In this document: positions 29,477 through 39,466 of the stretch, piece by piece
How the letters are laid out: every line of letters starts with the position of its first letter
Numbering within the stretch: the first letter of the stretch is position 1
NCBI GenBank assembly: GCA_049799955.1
Contig: JBARIW010000075.1
Span: 1-63,827 of the forward strand
Reading direction: 5' to 3'
DNA from: Pyrinomonadaceae bacterium
Lineage (GTDB): Bacteria > Acidobacteriota > Blastocatellia > Pyrinomonadales > Pyrinomonadaceae
DNA length: 63,827 bases
The notes under the pieces: model-generated
Database searches by the model: none
What the model was told of the DNA's origin: nothing
Seen by the model: the letters and a program-made list of their open reading frames with translations, nothing else
Made by a program: the position numbers and the translations under genes

Positions 29477-29692
29477 CGCTTTTTCCTCAAAAAAATTAGT
29501 GTATTAAAAGAATGTCATAAAGAATTTTTTACGTCTAGCCTTATTTAGATAAATAAAATTTATGGACGAACGGGAAAAAATCTGTTAAATTTCAATATTG
29601 GATATACCAATTTCTGAGACTACCCCTAAAAAAAAAGATTTTCTTGCTGAAATAAAGATTGGATTAGTAGTTTTATCTCCTTAACTAGAGCA

Positions 29693-32600
29693 ATGAAAAA
29701 AAGTTCCCTTTCGACCAAAGAATATTTCAAGTCGGAAAACGCCTCCCATTTTGGCGCGAAGGCTGACTCGCGCTTTCGTAAAGTGAGAGCCATCTCCGAC
29801 GAGAAATTAGCAGACAATATAACCGAAGTCCGGCTCAAACTGGACGAAGGACTTTCCGGCGCGGCTGAAAAAATCATCCGCGAGACGCTGGAAAATTTTT
29901 CGCTTGACGCCGAGCAGCAGGCGACGTTACAGCATCTTTTGTCTTACACGCTGGAAACGCAGGGACGCTACCCGGAAGCGCTCGAAGTTATCGCGGCTTT
30001 CGAAGACGAAGCGGCTTTAACCAATCTCAAAGACGAAACGCGAATTTACGTCCTTGTTCAGCTCGCCATCTCGCACAACAATCAGACGGATTTTCCGAAA
30101 GCCGTCGCGCTTCTGAAAAAAAGCCGCGAAGAAGCCGAAGCAAAAAAACTGACATCTCTTTTGGGAAGCATTTTCGTCGCGCTGGCGCGTGTTTACCGCA
30201 AGCTTAACGAATTTCCGATTGCCCGCGACCACGCCGAAAAAGCTTTGAATTATTTCCGCGAGCAAGGCGACTGGCGCGGAATGGCGGAAAGCTATTTTCT
30301 GATTGCCACCACGCTTCATCAGGAAGGCGACAGCGCAAAATCTCTGGAATATTTTCAGCAGGCAATCAAAATTATCGGCTCGCGCAGCGCTTTGTTTCTG
30401 CTCGGCAAGATTTATTCCGACCTCTCGGGCGCATACTGGTTTTTGCGCCGCCCGCAGGAAGGCATCGCGTGTCTCGAAAAATCGATTAAATTCTTTGACC
30501 GTACCGAACATAAAATTCACTCAATCGCCGCGTATAACAATCTCGGAATCAACCTGATGCTGCTCGGCGAATGGACAAAAGCCGAAAGCGTCATCAAACG
30601 CGCGCTGGAATTGGCTTTTGAAACGAATCACGTTCACATCGCGGGAATTCTGGATTCACTGGGCGAGCTAAAGCTTCTTAGAGGCGATTTGGATGAAGCG
30701 CAAAAACTTCTGGAACGCGGCGTTACCATCGCGCAGGAGCGCAAAAAGGAATGGTACGAAATTCAGGCTTCGCGCAATCTGGCGAGAACGCTTCTGGCGC
30801 AGGGAAATCTGACCGAAGCAACGGAGCGGGCGCAGGAAACAATCGAGATTTGCCGCCGAATCGGCGAGCGTCAGATTTCCAATATGGCGAGCCTCGTGCT
30901 GGCGGAAGCTTACCTGCAAAAAGGCAAATTTATCGATTGTGAGAGCGAGCTCGAAGCGATTGAAAAAAACGAGCCGAGCTCCGACTTTTTCGTGCTCGGC
31001 AACGTTCAGCGTATTCGCGGGCTTCTTTCGCTCGAATACAGGGACAAGGAGCTTGCTGCTCATCATTTCAGCCGCGCTTTGACGATTTTCGAGACGGCGG
31101 AAGATTTATATCACACGGCTCTGGCGCATTTTCTGGTTGGAAAAACCGTTTTCGCGGGCGAACCGGAACGCGCGCTGAAGCATTTGACTTCGGCAAGCGA
31201 GATTTTCCGCAAGCTCGACGTTAAGCCGCTTCTAAAGGAAACGCAGGAAATTCTCGAAGAACTCAAAACGGTCGAAACGGGAAACAAAACTACTTCGTCA
31301 GCCGGTTCGCAGCTTTTGATGCTTCGTCTGGCGGAAGCGACCGCCTCGCGCGAGCTTCTTTTCCGCGAGCTTGTCGCCATTTTGCAGCAGGAAAGCAAGG
31401 CGAAGAAAATCATCGTCGCCGAGATGAACGACCAGAAAAGATTTTACCCGTTTATTACGCACGGCTATGTTCCCGCCGAGAGTATGGAGCTTGTCTCCAA
31501 ATTTCACGAAGCGCAGATAAAAAATGAAGTAGAAATTTTCGCCAAAACAAAAAATTTACAGGTTTACCAGCTTCGCTCGCCGAGCGCTTCGCCCGCGATT
31601 TTGATGATAAGCCCGCAGTCAGGCGCGGTTTTAAACGACGAAAGCTCGATTCAGCCGCTTCTGCGCGTCGTCGAGCTTGGAATGGACGTTTGCGCTTTGC
31701 GCGATAAAGACAAAACCAACATCGGCGAGCAGGCGACAAGTTCGTTTACTTCCAATAGTTTAATGCCCGGTTTTATTCATTCTTCGCCCGCGATGACATC
31801 TCTGGTCGAAGAAGTTTATAAAATCCGCTCGTCCGACGTAACGGTTTTGGTTACGGGCGAATCGGGAACGGGCAAAGAGCTTGTCTCGCGCGCGATTCAC
31901 ACGATTTCTTCCCGTAAGGATAAAATTTTCGTGCCGTTTAACTGCACCGCCGTTCCCAAAGAATTAGCCGAGGGTCATCTTTTCGGTTATCGCAAAGGCT
32001 CGTTTACCGGCGCGGTAACGGATTCGCAGGGAATGATTCGCGCGGCTGATGGCGGAACTTTGTTTTTAGACGAAGTCGGCGATTTGCCGCTCGACGTTCA
32101 GCCAAAACTATTAAGATTTCTTCAGGAAGGCGAAATTCAGCCGCTCGGCGAAAAACGCCCGATAAAAGTTGACGTTCGCATCATCGCCGCGACCAATATG
32201 CCGCTCGAAGCGAAAGTTGCCGACGGCAGCTTCCGCGAAGATTTATATTATCGCCTGAACGTCATCCGCCTGCGCGTTCCGCCTCTGCGCGAACGTCGCT
32301 CGGAAATTCCGCCGATAATCAATTATTACGTCAATCATTACGCGGCAAAATTCGGTCGGCGCAACATAACGATTACGCCGCAGACGATAGATTTGCTGAT
32401 GGTCTGCGATTGGGACGGCAATGTGCGCCAGCTTTGCAACGAGATTCAGCGCGTCGTCGCCCGCGCCGAAGACGGCGAAACGATAACGCCCGACCATCTC
32501 TCGTCCGAACTGAAACGCAGCGCGACGCCGATTTCGTCGCTCGCAACCAACAGCGGTAACGTGCGTCAGATTGCTTCTTACGACAAATCATACAGCAGCT

Positions 32601-32782
32601 TTAATATCGGCTCGGAAAGCGGAACGCTCGAAGAAGCTGTTTCGGAATTGGAAACGCAGATGATAAACGATTCATTAGGAAGACATAACTGGAACATCTC
32701 AAAAGTCGCCCGTGAATTAGGCTTAACCAGACGCGGTCTGTATATGAAAATCGCCCGCTACGGCATCGAAAAATCGGCGTGA
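29693..32782 (+). CDS. sigma-54-dependent transcriptional activator with a ~650-aa N-terminal TPR-repeat sensor region
   Basis: AAA+ sigma-54 interaction domain (GESGTGKELVSRAIH; 'GSFTGA' variant of GAFTGA; ESELFGH-like) and a C-terminal Fis-type HTH (…NISKVARELGLTRRGLYMKIARYGI). Confidence 0.85.
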   Translation: MKKSSLSTKEYFKSENASHFGAKADSRFRKVRAISDEKLADNITEVRLKLDEGLSGAAEKIIRETLENFSLDAEQQATLQHLLSYTLETQGRYPEALEVIAAFEDEAALTNLKDETRIYVLVQLAISHNNQTDFPKAVALLKKSREEAEAKKLTSLLGSIFVALARVYRKLNEFPIARDHAEKALNYFREQGDWRGMAESYFLIATTLHQEGDSAKSLEYFQQAIKIIGSRSALFLLGKIYSDLSGAYWFLRRPQEGIACLEKSIKFFDRTEHKIHSIAAYNNLGINLMLLGEWTKAESVIKRALELAFETNHVHIAGILDSLGELKLLRGDLDEAQKLLERGVTIAQERKKEWYEIQASRNLARTLLAQGNLTEATERAQETIEICRRIGERQISNMASLVLAEAYLQKGKFIDCESELEAIEKNEPSSDFFVLGNVQRIRGLLSLEYRDKELAAHHFSRALTIFETAEDLYHTALAHFLVGKTVFAGEPERALKHLTSASEIFRKLDVKPLLKETQEILEELKTVETGNKTTSSAGSQLLMLRLAEATASRELLFRELVAILQQESKAKKIIVAEMNDQKRFYPFITHGYVPAESMELVSKFHEAQIKNEVEIFAKTKNLQVYQLRSPSASPAILMISPQSGAVLNDESSIQPLLRVVELGMDVCALRDKDKTNIGEQATSSFTSNSLMPGFIHSSPAMTSLVEEVYKIRSSDVTVLVTGESGTGKELVSRAIHTISSRKDKIFVPFNCTAVPKELAEGHLFGYRKGSFTGAVTDSQGMIRAADGGTLFLDEVGDLPLDVQPKLLRFLQEGEIQPLGEKRPIKVDVRIIAATNMPLEAKVADGSFREDLYYRLNVIRLRVPPLRERRSEIPPIINYYVNHYAAKFGRRNITITPQTIDLLMVCDWDGNVRQLCNEIQRVVARAEDGETITPDHLSSELKRSATPISSLATNSGNVRQIASYDKSYSSFNIGSESGTLEEAVSELETQMINDSLGRHNWNISKVARELGLTRRGLYMKIARYGIEKSA

Positions 32783-32870
32783 AGATTTAAGATTCAAGAT
32801 TTAAGATTCAAGATTTAAGATTTTGTCTTTCAATTTTGAATCTTAAATCTTGAATCTTAAATTTCGAATC
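32783..32870. repeat. CAAGATT-family palindromic heptamer-repeat element (copy 2), convergent-gene terminator position
   Basis: agatttaagattcaagatttaagattcaagatttaagatTTTGTCTTTCAATTTTGAAtcttaaatcttgaatcttaaatttcgaatc. It shares the centre ttttgtctttcaattttgaa with copy 1 and is translated as the C-terminal tail of 32808..34553. Confidence 0.9.
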
Positions 32871-34553
32871 ACAAAGAAATACGCTCAAGCTCATTAAAAT
32901 AAAGAAAACCATTGCAACTTCCTGGTCGCCGAGATTGTAATGTACAAGACCACTCGTAAAAAATCCGACTAAGCCGCCGAGCGAGCCGAGAACTACACCT
33001 TTTTCAATCAGGGAAGAGGAGAAAAGGAGAGGAGGAGAAGAGGAGATTTCTGACCGATTTGCAATAGCCTTTTCTCCTCGTCTCCTTTTCTCCTCGTCTC
33101 CTTTTCTCAAAATCAGCACTTTCGCATAACGCCACAAAATCCAGAGCCAGAGAAGCAGCGCGGGCAAACCGCGTTCGACCAGTAATTGCAAAGGCGTCGA
33201 ATGAAAATGTCCCTGCGGAAGCCGTCCGCTGTCGTATAAATTCCAGTCCTTCCAGTAGCGCTGAATCGAATCCATTCCGACGCCGAGCGTGAAATTTCGC
33301 GCATCTTGCGTCCAGAGTCGAAAACCGTCGCGCCACATCGTTTGCCGGTAAGCGGTCGAATCGTCCTTCGCGTCGAAAAACCCGACATTCCGGCTCTGCT
33401 GAAGAAAAATCAGCCCGCCGACGGCAACCGGCAAAATTATCGCGGCTAGAGCCAAAAGCAATTTGCGTCTGCCGCTTGCCAGCACGATTGCAACAGCCGA
33501 GATGAGAAATGCTAATTGCGAAGCGCGCGTAACGGTCAAAAGCAGCGCGAGCGACATCAATACTACGCAAATAAAAGTGAGAAGTGAGAAGTGAGAAGTG
33601 AAAAGTGAAGAATTAGATTTCTTTTCTTCCTTTGCGCCTTTGCGCCTTTGCGGGAAAAAACTCGCAATGAACAACCCGAATGTTAAAGATAAAATCAACT
33701 GCAAAACTTCCGCATACGTCGCGTAGTGTCCGAAAAATCCGCTTGAGCGCCAGTTTCTGCTTTTTTTCCAGCTTTGGATGCCGAGCCGTTCGAGCGCGTT
33801 CGCGCCGCTTAATAAATTCTCTCGCTTTATATCGACGGCAAATTCAAAATCCGGTCGATAAAATGTAACTTTCGAACTCTCGTTTTGCTCGATTTGCGCG
33901 ACCAAATCTTCGGGCGAGCTTAGTTTTTTGCCGTTGGCGGCGAGCAATGCGTCGCCTTCAATCAAAACGGCTTTTGCCAGAGGACTGTTTGGCGCGACGC
34001 CGTGAATCTCGACGCCGCGCCCGATTATTCGTTGAACCGGCGTCCAAAGAACGTTGACCATACACGAAAAAATCATCGCCAGCGCCAGAAATCGTACCGC
34101 GCGCTTTGTTCGGAGATTATTTATGACAAAATAAAAAATCAGAAAAAGCGCCGCGCCGCGCAGCTTATTCACGGAAATTTCGGGCGCGTAGGAAAATGCG
34201 GACGAAATGACAGACCAGCCGAAAAACGCCCACAAAGGAATGTCCAGAGCCGTCTTGACGAATTTCGGGCGCGGTTTTATAAAAAGGCGAACTATCCAGA
34301 CAAACATTCCGGTTATCCACGCCGTTTGCGAGGCGGCAATCGAATGCGGCGCGGATAAAATCATCAAAATCAGAAAAGCAAACGCGATTCGCTCACACCA
34401 TCGCGCCGCGTTGTTTTCAGTTTCGATTCCGGCTAATTCATCAAATTTTTTGAGAAAATCGCGCATAGAAAGAGAAAGTTTCCCACAAAGCGCAGAAACA
34501 CGCAAAAACAAAGCGATTTTGACATTTCCGGTTTGGCTAAAGTAGTCTGACAA
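32808..34553 (-). CDS. polytopic membrane protein, O-antigen-ligase (Wzy_C)-like with an embedded PDZ domain
   Basis: 581 aa, more than 10 TM segments. The PDZ-like segment is 'GVEIHGVAPNSPLAKAVLIEGDALLAANGKKLSSPEDLVAQIE'. Contains in-frame repeat insertions at 33003-33105 and 33573-33655. Confidence 0.5.
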   Translation of the reverse strand: MSDYFSQTGNVKIALFLRVSALCGKLSLSMRDFLKKFDELAGIETENNAARWCERIAFAFLILMILSAPHSIAASQTAWITGMFVWIVRLFIKPRPKFVKTALDIPLWAFFGWSVISSAFSYAPEISVNKLRGAALFLIFYFVINNLRTKRAVRFLALAMIFSCMVNVLWTPVQRIIGRGVEIHGVAPNSPLAKAVLIEGDALLAANGKKLSSPEDLVAQIEQNESSKVTFYRPDFEFAVDIKRENLLSGANALERLGIQSWKKSRNWRSSGFFGHYATYAEVLQLILSLTFGLFIASFFPQRRKGAKEEKKSNSSLFTSHFSLLTFICVVLMSLALLLTVTRASQLAFLISAVAIVLASGRRKLLLALAAIILPVAVGGLIFLQQSRNVGFFDAKDDSTAYRQTMWRDGFRLWTQDARNFTLGVGMDSIQRYWKDWNLYDSGRLPQGHFHSTPLQLLVERGLPALLLWLWILWRYAKVLILRKGDEEKRRRGEKAIANRSEISSSPPLLFSSSLIEKGVVLGSLGGLVGFFTSGLVHYNLGDQEVAMVFFILMSLSVFLCDSKFKIQDLRFKIERQNLKS

Positions 34554-34567
34554 TTACTCGTCTAGCT

Positions 34568-35377
34568 ATGGAAAAATTCTTAAAAAAACTGCCTGACAAT
34601 TTTGATTCATTTGTCGAAAATTTGCTCAGAGAAGTCGCCGGCGTAGAAGGCTATCTCGCGCCGAACGAGATGCGTTTTCTCGCTCTGATGGCTGCGTGTC
34701 CGACCGCCGACGGAGAAATTCTCGAAATCGGTTCTTTCAAAGGAAAATCGACCGTAATTCTGGCAAAATCAGCCGCTCTAGCCGGAAACTCAAAAGTTAA
34801 CGCGGTTGACCCGATGACCGCGCCTTCGGAAACCGACCCGGATTTGCGCGGCGACGCGAGTTCTTTTAATGATTTTCGAAAGAACATCGAAACGCACGAA
34901 GTTGCCGGCAGAATCGAGTTTCACCAGACATTTTCTTATGAATTGGCAAAGATTTGGGACAAACCGATACGGCTTTTGTGGATTGACGGCGACCATACAT
35001 ACAAGGGAACGAAGCTCGATTTTGACGGTTTCGCGCCGCATTTAAACGACGGCGCGATTGTCGCGATTCACGACGTTCTGCACGAATTCGACGGCGGAAT
35101 CCGCGTTTTTATGGAAGACGTTTTGCTTTCGCCCGATTTCGGCGCGTGCGGTTTTTGCGGCTCGATTGCGTGGGCGCAGTTTCACGCGGACGAGGAGAAA
35201 GGTTTTGATTTTCGGGAAGAAAAACTCGCGCTGTATGAAAAATTGAGCTGGCTCATTCCGTTTGTCGTTTTCAAAAAAGAATTGAAAGGTTTTGAGAAGA
35301 AAAAATATAAATTCTTTCGTTCGCGCGTGCCGCACGGCGCGGTTAATCCGCAGGAATGGCTCAAAAAAGTCAGATAA
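34568..35377 (+). CDS. class I SAM-dependent methyltransferase (Methyltransf_24-like)
   Basis: 269 aa; 'EILEIGSFKGKSTVILAK' glycine-rich SAM motif. Confidence 0.55.
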   Translation: MEKFLKKLPDNFDSFVENLLREVAGVEGYLAPNEMRFLALMAACPTADGEILEIGSFKGKSTVILAKSAALAGNSKVNAVDPMTAPSETDPDLRGDASSFNDFRKNIETHEVAGRIEFHQTFSYELAKIWDKPIRLLWIDGDHTYKGTKLDFDGFAPHLNDGAIVAIHDVLHEFDGGIRVFMEDVLLSPDFGACGFCGSIAWAQFHADEEKGFDFREEKLALYEKLSWLIPFVVFKKELKGFEKKKYKFFRSRVPHGAVNPQEWLKKVR

Positions 35378-36051
35378 ATTTTATGTTGGAAACCGATTTA
35401 TTTTTTAAAACCGAAATCAGGCTTTATTACGATTTGTTCGTTCCCGAAAACGCGCCGCCCGCCGCGCCTTTGCTTTTAACGGTTCACGGCTACGGCGCGA
35501 ACAAACGCTATATGATGAGCGAAGCAAAAAAGGTCGCGCCGGAAAATTTCGTTATCGCGTCGGTTCAAGCGCCTTACCAGCATTTTCGCGAGACGGATAA
35601 AGGTTACAGAACAGGTTTCGGCTGGCTGACCGATTATAAATCGGAAGAATCGGTTTCGATTCATCACAATTTTCTTCTCGAACTTATCGAAAAACTCAGA
35701 AGCGAAAACGTAATCGATATGAATAAAATTTATCTTTACGGATTTTCGCAAGCCTGCGCGCTGAATTTTCGCTTTGCTTTCACGTTTCCGTCGCTTTTGC
35801 GCGGCGTCATCGGCGTTTGCGGCGGAATTCCTTCGGATTTGGAGACGAACGAGATTTATAAACCTCTGGCGGCGGACGTTTTTTATCTATACGCGAACGG
35901 GGACGAGTTTTATCCGCTCGAAAAATACCGGAATTTCAAGGAAAAGCTGAAAAGTCGGCTGAATATTTTTACGTCGAAGGAATATGATGCAAAGCACGAA
36001 ATCACGGACGAGATGCGCGAGGACGTGGAAACATGGCTGAAGGGAAGATAA
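35356..36051 (+). CDS. phospholipase/carboxylesterase-family alpha/beta hydrolase
   Basis: 231 aa; nucleophile elbow 'GFSQA', Abhydrolase_2-like. Confidence 0.7.
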   Translation: MAQKSQINFMLETDLFFKTEIRLYYDLFVPENAPPAAPLLLTVHGYGANKRYMMSEAKKVAPENFVIASVQAPYQHFRETDKGYRTGFGWLTDYKSEESVSIHHNFLLELIEKLRSENVIDMNKIYLYGFSQACALNFRFAFTFPSLLRGVIGVCGGIPSDLETNEIYKPLAADVFYLYANGDEFYPLEKYRNFKEKLKSRLNIFTSKEYDAKHEITDEMREDVETWLKGR

Positions 36052-36061
36052 GAATTAGCCA

Positions 36062-36128
36062 CGAACAAACACGAAAGAACACGAAAAAGAAGTAAATAAT
36101 TTTTCGTGTTCTTTTTGTGTTTGTTCGT
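36062..36128. repeat. long near-perfect hairpin (about 33-bp arms) between convergent genes
   Basis: ttagccacgaacaaacacgaaagaacacgaaaaa-gaagtaaataa-tttttcgtgttctttttgtgtttgttcgtggctaa. Confidence 0.85.
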
Positions 36129-36145
36129 GGCTAATTTCTTAACGC

Positions 36146-37060
36146 TTAATGATTGTAGCGATAAGTCGTGAACTGCGAATCCATTCTCGTGTCCTGTCCG
36201 GTTGTGAACGTGAACATGCAGGAATCGTCCGTGTAGTCCATAAAGTTCGTTATCGGGTCGTTTCCTGTCGTGTTGCAGGTGTTGCGTCCGGTCGGGCAGC
36301 CGAAAGCCGCGCTTTTTTCCGCCGGAGTGTCGGAGACGAAATCGCCGTTTCCGTTGCATCCGCCCTGAAATGTGTGATACAAGCCCATCCAGTGTCCGAC
36401 TTCGTGCGTTGCCGTGTCGCCGAGATTATACGGCGCGGCGCTTCCGCCCGGAAGCGAGCTGTAAAGAATTACAACGCCGTCGATTTTCGGTGCGCTGTTG
36501 TAGCTCGAAGGAAACGTTGCGTAGCCTAAAATTCCCCCCGAAGGATTACAGGTGTAGATATTTAAATCGTCCGCCGTTCCCTGATGCAGCGCGTTTTTCA
36601 TCGCGCTTTCGCTCGAACCGTAGCAGCCGTTGTACCAAGTCGTATTCGTCGTACGATTTGTCGATACAAGATTAAAACTCCAGCCTTTGCTCGAATAAGC
36701 ATTGTTGAGAACGCTCATTTGATTGTTAATCATCGTCGTCGTGATGTCGCCGTTGGCAATGCCGGTTCCTTTATTGATAACGTGGAAATAGACGTTAATC
36801 GTTCCGCCGGTAACGTTGGCGACAGGCTCGCCGCTTCTTGCCGCAAGCTGCCGCCGACTTAGAAAATCTCTCTCCATCTGCGCGATTTTTACGGGGTTAT
36901 GGTCTGTTCCGCAAAAGCGCTCGCCTTTGACAATTAAAGGTTCTTTGATTTGTTTTTCCTGATTGGAAAATTCAGCATTGGCTGTGTATTGAAACGCCAA
37001 AAAGACCAGAGCAAGCGCAAATGCGCCCGCAAAAGCAACTAAAACACGTAATTTGTTCAT
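36146..37060 (-). CDS. secreted zinc metalloprotease, M43 (pappalysin/cytophagalysin-like)
   Basis: Signal peptide, '[13 protein letters not shown]' HExxHxxGxxH motif. Confidence 0.8.
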   Translation of the reverse strand: MNKLRVLVAFAGAFALALVFLAFQYTANAEFSNQEKQIKEPLIVKGERFCGTDHNPVKIAQMERDFLSRRQLAARSGEPVANVTGGTINVYFHVINKGTGIANGDITTTMINNQMSVLNNAYSSKGWSFNLVSTNRTTNTTWYNGCYGSSESAMKNALHQGTADDLNIYTCNPSGGILGYATFPSSYNSAPKIDGVVILYSSLPGGSAAPYNLGDTATHEVGHWMGLYHTFQGGCNGNGDFVSDTPAEKSAAFGCPTGRNTCNTTGNDPITNFMDYTDDSCMFTFTTGQDTRMDSQFTTYRYNH

Positions 37061-37239
37061 CTGTCGGTTATCTCCCTTGAATGTTTTTTTTTGAATTTAG
37101 GAAAACGATTTGTATAAATTATAAAACACCGACTGCAAAAAGGGTTTTATTAACAATACAAGATTGCGGGCAGAGAGGTCAACACATTTTTTCGCCGCAA
37201 ACGAATTGCAGGATTTTAATTTATAAAAGAAAAATCTAA

Positions 37240-37911
37240 ATGCGTAGTATAAAAATAATTATCGTTTTTTGTCTTTGTCTTATCTTTTTCGCAGCTTGTG
37301 AGAAAATCAATTCTCAGCTCGAAAAATCGACGGAGTCGAGCCTTTTTTCCGGCTCGGAGACGGAGAAGCCGAAAATTGCCGAAATTTCTTCCGCAGAAAT
37401 CCGCAAATTGCTCGAAAGCGCGAACAGGCAGACGGAAATCACCAAAAATTACACTCAGGATTATTATGTAATTCCTTATCCGAACGGCGATGTTCCGGCT
37501 GAGACGGGCGCTTGCACCGATGTCGTCGTTCGCGCATTTCGGGCGGCGGGCATCGATTTGCAAAAGGAAGTTCACGAAGACATGACGCAGAATTTCGCGC
37601 TTTACCCGGCAAAATGGGGCTTGCCGAAACCCGATACGAACATCGACCACCGGAGAGTTCCGAATCTGCAAACCTTTTTCACGCGCAAAGGAAAATCTCT
37701 GCCGGTTACGGACAAAGCGAAAGATTACCAGCCCGGCGATGTTGTTTCGTGGGATTTGGACGGCAAGGGAATGACGCACATCGGGGTCGTTTCAAACATC
37801 TTTAACGAAAAAACGCGCAAATATTCAATCATCCACAACATCGGCGGCGGCGCGCGTCTTGAAGACCGCCTGTTTGAATGGAAAATCACCGGGCATTACA
37901 GGTACTTCTGA
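37240..37911 (+). CDS. DUF1287-family lipoprotein
   Basis: Lipobox (LIFFAAC); the 'DVVSWDLDGKGMTHIGVVSN' region is typical of DUF1287. Confidence 0.6.
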   Translation: MRSIKIIIVFCLCLIFFAACEKINSQLEKSTESSLFSGSETEKPKIAEISSAEIRKLLESANRQTEITKNYTQDYYVIPYPNGDVPAETGACTDVVVRAFRAAGIDLQKEVHEDMTQNFALYPAKWGLPKPDTNIDHRRVPNLQTFFTRKGKSLPVTDKAKDYQPGDVVSWDLDGKGMTHIGVVSNIFNEKTRKYSIIHNIGGGARLEDRLFEWKITGHYRYF

Positions 37912-38375
37912 TTGTTTTTTTCAAATTGATACGCTTTTATCGATAAAACAATCGTCGTCGCATAACCGGAAATAACGGCGAGAACGAAGCCGATTGATGT
38001 CCAATTATCATACGAAGCATATCCGTTAAGAAAATCTTTAACAGTAATCAATGCTATCCCAAGCACCGGAAGCAGCAGAACGCCATTGTAAACGGCACTC
38101 GCAATCCATAGAGCGCGAACCCGTTTTTCCTCAAGTCTGCCGCGCGAATGCTTGAAATATCCGACAAGCAAAACGAAACCGAAGAGGAAAATCGCATAAA
38201 TTAAAAACGTGAACCACGGCGCGTCTTTTATCAACATCGACGCCGCAAACACGCCGAAACCGGCGGGAATCAGCAGCAAATAACCGGCAATTTCAAATGC
38301 TCTCGCAATTTTTTGTGAATAATTCATTTTCAATCTCCTTTGAAGCTTTTCCGGCTTCGCAAAATCTATTCGCAA
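37896..38375 (-). CDS. hypothetical membrane protein
   Basis: 159 aa, 4 hydrophobic segments. Confidence 0.5.
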   Translation of the reverse strand: MRIDFAKPEKLQRRLKMNYSQKIARAFEIAGYLLLIPAGFGVFAASMLIKDAPWFTFLIYAIFLFGFVLLVGYFKHSRGRLEEKRVRALWIASAVYNGVLLLPVLGIALITVKDFLNGYASYDNWTSIGFVLAVISGYATTIVLSIKAYQFEKNNQKYL

Positions 38376-38493
38376 CGCGTGTGCCAGTCGCTAAAAAATA
38401 CAAAACCCCTGTAATTACGACATTTTTGCGCGATTCGTTTTTTGCAAACTGACTAAAGAAAGGTCTTTTATTTTGCAAATTGACAAAAAATGT

Positions 38494-39018
38494 CTAGCGC
38501 TCAAGCAAATTTGTAGTATTTTCGGTAACGCTCGGCGGCTGAATCATTTCCGCCGTATTCAGGTTCGGCATAATCAAATCCGCCGCCGGAATGCCGCGCG
38601 CTTCGGGCAAAGCGTTTTTACCGCGTGAAGTAAATTTGGAAAATGTTTTCGAAACGGAAAAATCGTCCGTCGCAGGCGCAGAATTATCGGCGCGCAGAAA
38701 ATATTGGATTATCGGCTTAATATTTATCAAAAGCGTCAGAATAAGCCACGCTGCGAAGAGCAAAACGATGCGCGAGCTGTGCGAAGGCGGCATATCGACC
38801 GTAATTGCCGCCGCGATAAGCGCGAAAAAGAACATAACGCCCGCGCCGATGGTCATATCGCGCTTGCGCAAACTGCGGTCTGCCTTTTGAATTTCGGCGG
38901 GTTGCGGCGCGTCGTCGCTCGCGAGCAGCGCTTTGACGATGTTTAGCTGAAAACCGCAGCGCGAGCAAAATCTGGTTTCATCGGAAATCTGTTGTTGACT
39001 GCATTTTGGACAGAACAT
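38494..39018 (-). CDS. zinc-ribbon domain membrane protein
   Basis: N-terminal CPKC…CSRCG zinc ribbon followed by 2 TM helices. Confidence 0.55.
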   Translation of the reverse strand: MFCPKCSQQQISDETRFCSRCGFQLNIVKALLASDDAPQPAEIQKADRSLRKRDMTIGAGVMFFFALIAAAITVDMPPSHSSRIVLLFAAWLILTLLINIKPIIQYFLRADNSAPATDDFSVSKTFSKFTSRGKNALPEARGIPAADLIMPNLNTAEMIQPPSVTENTTNLLER

Positions 39019-39088
39019 AAAAACCTCGCAAGTTTTCGAATTTGAGAAGAACCGTTTTAAGAAATTACGAAACGCGGGCGGATAAAGT

Positions 39089-39466
39089 TCATTCGTGAAA
39101 GATTAATTTCTTTTCCAGCCGGAAACGATAAAAAAGAAATGATAAAGCAACACCGGCAAAACTTGCCAGAATGTCGAGATAATCAAACGTTTCCGCGCCT
39201 TCAAAAGGTCTTATAATCTCAAAACCGATTAAAAGCAGAAGCGTCGCAATACACGATAATGCGAAATATTTTCGGGCTTCAGTTAATGTCAAAAGCTTCG
39301 GGCGAATAAGGACGCAAAACGGGAAACAGAATCCGATAATCAAATTTGGAGCCGAATCAAGAAAAACTGAATGAACTCCGAGACGCGGTCGCGCAAATTG
39401 CTGAATAAAAAGCACTATTAAACCGCTCGAAAAAGAAATCAGAAGCGGGAGAATATTAAAATTCAT
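39089..39466 (-). CDS. VanZ-like small membrane protein (tentative)
   Basis: 125 aa, 4 TM, with the 'DYLDILASFAGVALSFL' C-terminal motif seen in the VanZ-like family. Confidence 0.4.
   Translation of the reverse strand: MNFNILPLLISFSSGLIVLFIQQFARPRLGVHSVFLDSAPNLIIGFCFPFCVLIRPKLLTLTEARKYFALSCIATLLLLIGFEIIRPFEGAETFDYLDILASFAGVALSFLFYRFRLEKKLIFHE

Noticed and set aside
29477-29692. Sigma-54 (-24 GG / -12 GC) promoter for the GH63-GT2 operon next to the sigma-54 activator
   Set aside because: No TGGCAC-N5-TTGC-like match was found on the relevant strand by inspection. The closest (TTGGTAtatccaATATTG) lacks the GC element. A profile search is needed before claiming one.
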